Source: Octopus sinensis (Eukaryota). Taken from it: a DNA stretch of 64,000 nt. The stretch spans positions 7,130,001 to 7,194,000 of the forward strand of contig NC_043004.1 in NCBI RefSeq assembly GCF_006345805.1, read 5' to 3'. This document shows, piece by piece, positions 53,990 through 64,000 of the stretch. The translations under genes and the position numbers were made by a program. Below the pieces are notes generated by a model. The model worked only from the letters and a program-made list of their open reading frames with translations. It was not told where the DNA came from and ran no database searches. Numbering within the stretch: the first letter of the stretch is position 1; each line of letters opens with the position of its first letter.

Positions 53990-55815
53990 TGTCTAAGCTC
54001 TCTTAACCCGTTTGGTGTATAAGGGAGTTTGATTCCGCTGCCCTCGTCTGCACCTCATATCGGGCTGTTGGCTTATCTGGTATTGTGGAGAGGAGGATGT
54101 CTAGTTCCTTTTTGAAGACATCTACTTCCACCTTATGCAAATTTCTTAATTTTTGTGGCAGGGCATTGAAGAGATGTGGGCCTTTGAACCCTAGACTATT
54201 GCAGTACCTAGCCCTGAATTTAGACGGAGTGGATGGTACCTTTGGTACAATACAATGGTGGCCAGTTCTGGCATTTGTATAACACACAATGCCGAAATTA
54301 GGTACTAGCCCTTCTAGAGTTTTCCATATGTAGATTATATATATTTTATAATATATTATCATTAATATCAGGAAATCAATATTAGCAAATTCTTCAGAAA
54401 GATATATACGTGTGTTAAATAATTGTTGTATTAAAAATATAAATGTTTATAAATATATGTAAATATATGTAAATATGTATAAGTATAAATATATAATATA
54501 TATGACAGTTTAAAAGTTTTGAATGAAGTTTTTAAAGTATCTTACGATCGTTTCGCAGAAGTGCTGTCCCTATGATGGAATCCTATATTGATAAGCATTT
54601 ATAGACAATATTAATAATAATATATTATTAAATATATATATTATCGCTCGTATTAAATACATAAATACTTTAATAGTATTAATACTTTGATACAATAGAG
54701 CACTCAATATAAATTCAGTATATAATATTCCCATATTTAACTAAAGACTTATACGTAGATTATTGCATATCTGTCACGCCTATGCCCCAGGGAGTAAAGT
54801 TGCAGTTTTCTCAGCCTATCGCTGTAGCTCATCCGCTGCTCTGTTTCAACCTTTTTAGTATAGTGACGTTAGACTGCTTCAAGCTCTGTTGTTAATTTCG
54901 CACTATGTGTTGACCATAACTGGGAGCAGCAGTCCAGGCGGCTGAGAACAAAGGTTCTCCACAGGGTCAGCATAGTTTCTTGGTCTCTTGCCTTGAAGGA
55001 CCTCAATATCCACCCTGCCAGTTGTTTGCATTTTGCTGCCACCTTGTGGATCTTTTCTTTTTGAAGGCCAGATTTTCCTAGTTAACTAAAAAATTTGAAA
55101 CTTCGGCCCTTCAAAACCATGGGAGAAGCCTTTTCGGTAAAAAAAAAAAAGAAAATATTCAAAACATATCGTTAATATTTTTATTGGGCGACGAAATTAA
55201 TCGATTTAAGAGATTAGCTGTTATTCTAGCACATGTAGAAGACAGAAGAAGAGGTAAATAATTTGAGCTCGAATGCTGCGATTTCATTGGTTAAAATTCT
55301 TAAAATTAAACTACGTTTAAGTTACGAATTACAATTTTGTTTTCAATTTTGTTTACAATAATGTTTTCTTTTGACACATTCTACCAGTATACGAAGTTTC
55401 AAATTGTTTAGTTAACTAGGAAAATCTGGCCTTCAAAATGAAAAGATCCCACCTTGTTAATGTTCATATAAAATGACGCTTCATTGCACTTACTGATCAC
55501 CAAGTCTTTCACTGCCTGTGAATCTGGGACTGTATTGCCTTCGGGTCCTGTGTATATGCAGGCTCTAGTGCATTCGTGAGTTGATAGTGCAGTGCTTGAA
55601 AAATTTCCCAGCATTAAACTGCATGTTGTTTATTTCGGTCCACCTGTATGTCAAATTCAGGTCCTACTGAGACGTCATCTTGATTTTTTTTATTGCCTGT
55701 GATAATTTTGTATCATCGACGGAGCTAATGACTGACAGCCCGAGTGACCGACCGTGGGAATGCTGAAGGAAAATTCTGCGAGGAGCATTTTCTGCATAAT
55801 CAATATAAATAAGGC
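53990..55815 (-). mobile_element. CR1-like LINE 3' portion interrupted by two insertions
   Basis: C-terminus IIYIWKTLEGLVPN…GPHLFNALP…FKKELDILLSTIPDKP…RAAESNSL (54003-54340), with VDDTKL near 55710. It is interrupted by an AT-rich insert (~54340-54745) and a MITE. Confidence 0.7.
55048..55449. mobile_element. MITE with ~58-bp TIRs and perfect 8-bp TSD (Merlin- or MULE-like)
   Basis: GGATCTTTTC…GAAGGCCAGATTTTCCTAGTTAACTAAA and its inverse. TSD CACCTTGT at 55040-55047 and 55450-55457. Confidence 0.85.
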
Positions 55816-56036
55816 AGTGTTGTTTCACCGAGGTCGACTTTGCCTTTCACCAAAGTATAGAGATGTACAATATGCATGTATGCGCGTATATGGTCGAATA
55901 CAGACATTCAGAGACACATGCATAAATACAGACATACTTATTCGTCTACATATATATACATTACGTATATAATATAAATATATATATATATACTGATAAG
56001 CATGTATGTAGTATGTGCGTATGTTCATATATATAC

Positions 56037-56074
<38 letters not shown>

Positions 56075-56918
56075 ACATGTGTCTGAGTGCGCATACACGT
56101 ACAATACACTCACACATACACATACACATCCACATACACACACACACACACACGCGCACATATGCACACACACGCACATGCGCACACGCGCACGTTTTCC
56201 GGTAAACCCCCATCACCTGTTCCCTTTTTCAGAAAAAGCAGTAAAGTAAAAAAAAAAAAACAAAAAAAAAAAAAAAAAAAACCCAGAAAAAGTCAGTCAA
56301 ACAATCGGGCTCCTGGTTAGTCAGAACAACTTCTTCCCTTCACTTTGCTTCTTTCTCCCCCCCTCCTCCTTTTCATCTCCTCATCCTTCTTCACTCTCTC
56401 TCTTACAAGCCAGCAACGCTAGAATTTATCGTTCTGTCTTCTCTTCTATTTATTTATTTATTTGTTTTGGATGTGTGAGGAATGGGTCACCGCCGCTTGT
56501 TAGTATTTTTACATTATAATATTTGTGAAGTGCACGTTTTCAGCTCTTCCCAATCGAGAGGATATATACATATATAAACATATATATATATAATAATAAA
56601 TCACTGAGGTTAAATTTATAAACAACTGCCCCGCTTTCTACTTACAAGGTAAAAAACTTTCTTGACTTATTTTCTGCAAACTTTTTTTTTTTGAAAATCT
56701 TTTCTTCGAACGTAATTCTAACGAATGTTCAAACTATCTTTGCCTGTTGATGTTCTAAGCTTGATATCTGTTTCTGCCTGTCGATCTGTCTGGATCGATC
56801 TGTCTGTCTAAATACACACACCACAAACTTTATGACTAAACGTGTGTTCAACACCGCATAATATATATATAAATAATATTATATATATATATAGTATATA
56901 TATATATATAATATATAT

Positions 56919-56966
<48 letters not shown>

Positions 56967-57077
56967 CTATTAAATATATAGAATAAAACGAAAACAATCG
57001 CACCAAAAACTGAATTGAAAAATATAAAGTTCCAAGTAGCGTTTAGGGTGGTAGTGAAGTTCAAAAAAGTGGTTTCG

Positions 57078-57153
<76 letters not shown>

Positions 57154-57154
57154 G

Positions 57155-57223
<69 letters not shown>

Positions 57224-57244
57224 ATATCTATTATCTATCTATCT
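57078..57244. repeat. (TCTA)n microsatellite
   Basis: Direct inspection. Confidence 0.95.
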
Positions 57245-57411
57245 CTGTGTGTGTGTGTGTGTATGTATGTAGCTCTTACTTTAATATAGTGTACAAAAAA
57301 TAATATTTATCTCTAACTGGATGGAGTACTTTTTTTGTTTATCTTACCTTAACGGAACAGTAAACTATTCATATATGCATGTGTGTGTGTGTATGTGTAT
57401 GTGTGTGTGTG

Positions 57412-57450
<39 letters not shown>

Positions 57451-58469
57451 CACACAGACAGACACACACACTCACTACATTGTATTCTATCTATGAATAA
57501 CCGTTTCGAAACTACCAAACTTAACTTTGTTTACGTACAAACAAGGGAGCTGTTGTTGCGTAGTCGTTTAACCTGCTAGAAGTAGCAGCAACATCTCCCT
57601 TCGTATGTAACATATGTAACAAGAATCATAGCTATACAGCGCGGAACGGTCACGGTTCAAGCAATCCTCGATCAAGGTATTGATCTCTGGCTAAACAACA
57701 GCATCTCTTCCCCCACTCTCTTTCGCTCTTTCGTTCTCTCTCTTTCTCTTTATTGACCTAACTTTGTTAACACTGTTTAATAACTATTTTTTGTGACTAT
57801 TGCTGGTAATATAATTGTTTGTTTGTTTACGCGTTAGTTGTTAACAATGTTAAGAAATTTGTGACTATTATTGTGACTATTATTGCTGTTTTATGTTCTT
57901 GTTCAGCCTCTAAATACCGTTATTCGTTCCATGGAAATGTACTCGGGGGGTTATATTTACAGTTTAAAATTCTACATCATCATGACTGGCGATGGTGGGG
58001 GTGGGGGGTGGAGAAGAAGAAAAACAACAACAATATTCGTAGATGTCAAAATTCCATGAAAGGAGTGAAGAAAAAAGAAAAAAAAACACCCAGTGATTTT
58101 GCTGTACATTGTTTCTAGAATAGTAGTTTCTAGAATAGTAATAGTAGTAGTAGTAGTACTAGTAGTAGTCATGCTGGTATTTATAGTAGTACTAGCAGCA
58201 TTAAGTAGTTGTTGTTGCCGTCGTAGTATCAGTGGTAGTTATATTGTAGTAGTAATAGTAGTAGTAGTAGTAGTAGTAGTAGTGTTTGATATTGTTCATT
58301 CAACTCCGGTTCAACTTTGATCAGACAGAGGCCCTCCCCCCTCTCGCTCTCTCTCCCCCACCATGACCATCGAGTACCTGGTGGAGCAACCGTGTGTCAT
58401 TCACAAGATCTGTGGTCTTTCCAGATACACCGTGTTTCTACGTAGTTAAGATCCACCATTTGCATTACC

Positions 58470-58507
58470 AGTAATAGTTGTAGCAGCAGCAGCAGCAGCA
58501 GTAGTAA

Positions 58508-58551
<44 letters not shown>

Positions 58552-58579
58552 ATAGTAGTAATAGTAGTAATAGTAGTAA

Positions 58580-58617
<38 letters not shown>

Positions 58618-58937
58618 ATAGTAGTAATAGTAGTAATAGTAGTAGTAGTAGTAGTAGTAGTAATAGTAGTAGTAGTAGTAATAGTAGTAATAGTAGTAGT
58701 AGTAGTAGTAGTAGTAGCTGATGTAAATAGTTTCATGAGATGAAGAGAAATGAAATGTCTGTGACATTTTAGCGTTGCTGCCGTCACCACTGCTGGGCTA
58801 TCATTGTTGTTGTTGTTGTTGTTGTTGATCTTGATGTTGTTGTTATTGTTGTTGATGTTGCAGCTGCTGCTACTGTTGTTGTTGTTGCAATTTTGGTTGT
58901 TTTTGCTGCTGCTGTTGTTGTTGTTGTTGTTGTTGTT
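58470..58937. repeat. (CAG)n, (TAG/TAA)n and (TTG)n trinucleotide tracts
   Basis: Direct inspection. Confidence 0.95.
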
Positions 58938-59321
58938 TGAAGCGCGACCTCTATCTCGGTTGACTTCAAAATCGAGCAGATTTTTTATCAGAAATATTTC
59001 AGTCGTGAACATCACGTCTATTCTATTTCGTATTTCTCTGGAATAGTGCACCTCTGCCAACATTATCCCCAATATGTCTTCCTCCGACTTTGACAAAAAA
59101 AAAAAAAAAAATTATTATTTATCTGAGTCGGTAGGATGTAATTTAAGCGTGTTTTGGCTGTTCCAGTCACCTCTTACAAAGGTCGAAAGCGCACTCTGTT
59201 TTGCAAATGCTTAATCCCTTGCTTTTATTCGTGGTTATTGTTAAAGTTTTGTTCAAAACTGTGAAATGGCATCGGGAAACAAACAACAACAACAACAACA
59301 ACAATGACAACAACAACAAAA

Positions 59322-59520
59322 GTGGAGGCGCAATGGCCCAGTGGTTAGGGACGGCGGACTCGCGGTCGTAAGAACGCGGTTTCGATTCCCAGACCGAGCA
59401 TTGTGAGTGTTTATTGAGCAAAAGCACCTAAGCTCCACGTGGCTCCGGCGGGGTGGTGGTGGTGGTGGTGAACCCCACTGTACTCCTTCACCACAACTTT
59501 CTCTCACTCTTTCTTCCTAC
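59322..59520 (+). mobile_element. tRNA-derived SINE (third family), 3'-truncated
   Basis: A-box TGGCCCAGTGG and B-box GTTTCGATTCC. Homologous to 51646-51948. Confidence 0.75.
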
Positions 59521-59807
59521 TTCTGTCACAAAGCAGAGGAACCATGGTGTAACCCACTTTGGTGTGGTAAACTTTCAGACCCTTGTCTAGATTGCGAATC
59601 CTCTGTACCCCAGGATGGTTCAGCTCTCTACCCGTTAAAAGCCACCGTTTACGGAATGAGGATAACAACGTAGCTTTCGCGCCCGTGCAACCGCCAGTCT
59701 ATCGCGTGTGGTGAGTGGATCTTCAAGTTGCCACACGCATTCTTAGTAGCTTAGAGTAGGCTCGAATTAGAGATTATTCTTTGTGGCTAATGGCGTGAGT
59801 CCTGATT

Positions 59808-59916
59808 GGAAGAAGAAGAAGAAGAAGAAGAAGAAGAAGAAGAAGAAGAAGAAGAAGAAGAAGAAGAAAAAGAAAAAGAAAAAGAAAAAGAAAAAGAAGA
59901 AGAAGAAGAAGAAGAA
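59808..59916. repeat. (GAA)n/(GAAAAA)n purine tract
   Basis: Direct inspection. Confidence 0.95.
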
Positions 59917-60548
59917 ATAACAAAAACAAACAAGCAAGCAAACAGGCGGAGGCATGGCAGCGTGATTGAGAAGCATGCTTTGCAACCACATGACTTAGGG
60001 GACAGCCCCACTTCGCAGTACCTTGGGTAAGCATCTTCTGCTATAGCCCCGGCGCGACCAATTGACCACTGTTTTGTGAGTGAAGTTGGTAGACGGAAAA
60101 CACGCACGCATGTATGTATGCGTGTGTTTGTGTTTATGTTTGTTCCCGCCCTGTTTGCAGTCGTTATTGGTTTGTTTAATGTCCCCGGAATCTAGCAGTT
60201 CGGCAAAAGAAACTGATAGAATAATTACCAGTCTTAAATAAGTATTGGGGTCGATTCGCACTTCGACTAAAAACATTTCAAGGCGATGCCCCAGCCTGGT
60301 CACAGTCCAATACAGAAACAACACAAAGCAAAAACGAAATTGAAAACCATGCAGCGCAATATGAAGTTTCAAATCCCGCCTCATTGTCGACTTTAACCAA
60401 TCACCATTCCTGTGATCGATAAAATAGCTCCCTCTAAAATACTGCAGACCAATGCAATCAACGAGGGCTAACCCCTTCCACCCTGCTGTAAAATTTATTA
60501 TTAAATATTCTTGTGCCAATGAAATAAATCCTTTTATTTTTCCATAAA

Positions 60549-60713
60549 AGGCAAGAGTGTGGCTGTGTGGTAAGTAGCTTGCTTACCAACCACATGGTTC
60601 CGGGTTCAGTCCCACTGCGTGACACCTTGAGCAAGTGTCTTCTACTATAGCCTCGGGCCGACCAAAGCCTTGTGAGTAGATTTGGTAGACGGAAACTGAA
60701 AGAAGCCGTCGTA

Positions 60714-60771
<58 letters not shown>

Positions 60772-61155
60772 TAGCAGTATCGCCCGGCGTTGCTCAGGTT
60801 TGTAAGGGAAATAACTATAAAGCATTTTTAGAGAGTTATAGCCAAAAAATAGCCAAAAAATGGAAAAAAAATGATGGTAAATTTTTTTTTGAGAGTAATA
60901 AAAGGTTGAGTTGCGTCCCCTAGACAGTCTGTGGTTTGTTTTTTTTTATTCTCGACCCCATGTCGAATTTATCGATTTTTTTCAGAACTGGGGGAACTTT
61001 TCAAAATTTTCGCTGCGTGCGTTAGTTTTGAATTATGACATTGGGCTATGTGTGTGTCAAGTTTCATCAGAATCGGTTGAAAGCCGTGGTCAGGGTGAGG
61101 GTACGAGAAAACAGACACACAGAAACACGCACAGACAAACTGCCGTTTATATAGA

Positions 61156-61201
<46 letters not shown>

Positions 61202-61227
61202 TATATATATATAATATATAATATATA

Positions 61228-61272
<45 letters not shown>

Positions 61273-61510
61273 ATATATATGTATGTATGTGTGTGTATAC
61301 GTTTGTGTGTCTGTGTTTGTCCCTCCCCCCAACATCGCTTGACAACCGATGGTGGTGTGTTTACGTCTCCATAACTTAGCGGTTCGGCAAAAGAGACCGA
61401 TAGAACAAGTACTAGGCTTACAAAGAACAAGTCCTGAGGTTGATTTGCTCGACTTAAAGCGGTGCTCCAGCATGACCACAGTCACATGAGTGAAACAGGT
61501 AAAAGAGTAA
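60549..61510 (+). mobile_element. Family A SINE with a Helitron nested in its (TA)n centre
   Basis: Head half at ~60549-60712 and tail half at ~61300-61510. Confidence 0.85.
60771..61155 (-). mobile_element. Chimeric non-autonomous Helitron
   Basis: The 3' end matches the 40640-41152 type and the 5' half matches 2473-2899. Confidence 0.8.
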
Positions 61511-61772
61511 CCGAGGGTCAACGAGGTGTGGTAGTTTTAATCTATTCGTGTTCTGATTCTCATTTACGCAACGATCGTTTACCACAAATCCTAGGGGACG
61601 AGAAATTATGAGTTACTCATATATTGAGGTTCATAAAATCAACTACACCCCATTCAGCATTTGTAGTGGTCTTGCTCTGACTTATTCCGTCCCCTCAAAA
61701 TTTCTGGCCATGTGCCAAAATTAGGAAGAACATTGAAAGCAGCAAGCTTGTAGAATGATTTTTTTTTTTACT

Positions 61773-62925
61773 GAGGCGAGTTGGCAGAAACGTTAGAACG
61801 CCGGGGGAAATGCTTAGCGGTATTTCGTCTGCCGCTACGTTCTGTGTTCAAATTCCGCCGAGGTCGACTTTGCCTTTCATCCTTTCGGGGTCGATTAAAT
61901 AAGTACCAGTTACGCATTGGGGTCGATGCAATCGACTTAATCCGTTTGTCTGTCCTCGTTTGTCCTCTCTGTGTTTAGCCCCTTGTGGGTAGTAAAGAGA
62001 TAGGTATTTCGTCTGCCGTTACGTTCTGAGTTCAAATTCCGCCGAGGTCGACTTTGCCTTTCATCCTTTCAGGGTCGATAAATTAAGTACCAATTACGCA
62101 CTGGGGTCGATGTAATCGACTTTATCCGTTTGTCTGTCCTTGTTTGTCCTCTCTGTGTTTGGCCCCTTGTGGGTAGTAAAGTAATAGGTATTTCGTCTGC
62201 CGTTACGTTCTGAGTTCAAATTCCGCCGAGGTCGACTTTGCCTTTCACCCTTTCGGGGTCGATTAAATAAGTACCAGTTACGCACTGGGGTCGATGCAAT
62301 CGACTTAATCCGTTTGTCTGTCCTCGTTTGTCCTCTCTGTGTTTAGCCCCTTGTGGGTAGTAAAGAGATAGGTATTTCGTCTGCCGTTACGTTCTGAGTT
62401 CAAATTCCGCCGAGGTCGACTTTGCCTTTCATCCTTTCGGGGTCGATAAATTAAATACCAATTACGCACTGGGGTCGATGTAATCGACTTTATCCGTTTG
62501 TCTGTCCTTGTTTGTCCTCTCTGTGTTTGGCCCCTTGTGGGTAGTAAAGTAATAGGTATTTCGTCTGCCGTTACGTTCTGAGTTCAAATTCCGCCGAGGT
62601 CGACTTTGCCTTTCACCCTTTCGGGGTCGATTAAATAAGTACCAGTTACGCACTGGGATTGTTGCAATCGACTTAATCCGTTTGTCTGTCCTCGTTTGTC
62701 CTCTCTGTGTTTAGTCCCTTGTGGGTAGTAAAGAAATAGGTATTTCGTCTGCCGTTACGTTCTGAGTTCAAATTCCGGCGAGGTCGACTTTGCCTTTCAT
62801 CCTTTCGGGGTCGATAAATTAAGTACCAATTACGCACTGGGGTCGATGTAATCGACTTAATCCGTTTGTCTGTCCTTGTTTGTCCCCTCTATGTTTAGCC
62901 CCTTGTGGGCAATAAAGAAATAAGA
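61773..62925 (+). repeat. MetaSINE-derived tandem array: one head plus six 184-bp units
   Basis: Units start GGTATTTCG at 61819, 62003, 62187, 62371, 62555 and 62739. Confidence 0.95.
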
Positions 62926-63391
62926 ATAATATTTTACTGATATAGTTACTAGTACTAACTGTGAGCTGGTAGAATTGTTTGTATGCCAAAATGGCTGCCA
63001 TTTAAGCGATTTCATTTTTCATATGTGATGTAGTGGTGTTGCAAAATTCGACTTGTCCAGATTAGTTTCCATTATGTCCTTTATATTGTATCAACATTTC
63101 ATGCATTTATTTGTAAAGTTAAGGAAATTATTAAAAACTGAAACCAATCAGTGACTCTTGGAACACCCTATACATGCACATTTTACATGCATAATTTCCT
63201 GGCTTTGGGTAAAGAAAATACAGATGGATCAGTTAAGTGATTTTATTCAACATCTTTCTCCTCTCAGATTCACACACGGCAGCGCTCCTTCAGCTTTTTT
63301 TAAACCCTGTAAAAGAACTCGGAAGTTTGGGCCTCTAGTTAGGCCTTCCGCGATACCCTTAATGCCAAGAACTTTTAAGCACACACACACA

Positions 63392-63463
<72 letters not shown>

Positions 63464-64000
63464 TCAAGTAAGTATAAACATGTACATATGAACCTGTACC
63501 GACGTATTACTTTATATATGATAAAATAATATATATTTCTTTACTGACCAGAAGGGGCTAAACATAGAGGGGACAAACAAGGACAGACGAAGGGATTGAG
63601 TCGATTATATCGCCCCCAGTGCAAAACTGGTACTTAATTTATCGACCCCGAAAGGATGAAAGGCAAAGTTGACCTCGGCGGAATTTGAACTCAGAACGTA
63701 ACGACAAACGAAATAAAAATTATAGTTTTACGCGTACATCGACAGTTATTTTCTACTAGGTCCTGGTCTTTAGATCGCTGAAATGCTTTCATTATGTTAT
63801 TTCTATAAGTATTTCCATAGTTTTTGCTCTGATGAACTTCCTCATCTAATATCCCATGTCAAGACCTTTGAACGCGTCACCCCGCTTCTCTTCCCTGTCG
63901 CATCATTTCTCTATTGAGCTTCCTGTTACGACTGAGCCCCTTTTTTCTAATATCTTCTTTCCTCGAGCTGCTGTTCTCAGTTACTCACTACCGTCGTCTT

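Noticed and set aside
58446-59096. 216-aa minus-strand ORF with poly-N and poly-T
   Set aside because: It has a non-ATG start, is mostly trinucleotide microsatellite and has no recognisable domain. An exon cannot be fully excluded.
59322-59400. tRNA gene
   Set aside because: The acceptor stem does not close, and the sequence continues into a body shared with 51646-51948, so it is a SINE head.

Overview
AT-rich, repeat-dominated animal genomic DNA, most likely a coleoid cephalopod (Octopus). The organism is inferred from the SINE families and microsatellite load, not proven. One host protein-coding gene is supported: an OSER1 (oxidative stress-responsive serine-rich protein 1, DUF776) homologue on the + strand. 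Its coding exons 14490-14851 and 32598-33405 join in phase across a 17.7-kb GT-AG intron to give 389 aa. It has a probable CRE/YY1 promoter and first exon at ~9925-10115 and a poly(A) signal at 33544. Nearly everything else is mobile DNA: tRNA-derived SINEs (CORE-type and MetaSINE-type), RTE, CR1-like, R4/Dong and Penelope retroelement fragments, non-autonomous Helitrons, Tc1/mariner, Chapaev3-like, hAT and piggyBac-type elements, minisatellites and long microsatellites. Most ORFs in the supplied track are repeat artefacts. The most interesting observations are: (1) several sequence-unrelated palindromes and Penelope termini built around minimal hammerhead-ribozyme cores; (2) a SINE body amplified into an ABABAB higher-order tandem array; (3) a predicted spliced uORF ending 3 nt before the OSER1 start codon; (4) SINE internal microsatellites acting as landing pads, one holding a 355-bp copy of neighbouring unique DNA; (5) a composite direct plus inverted templated duplication. 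All alignments and folds were done by eye and no database search was run.
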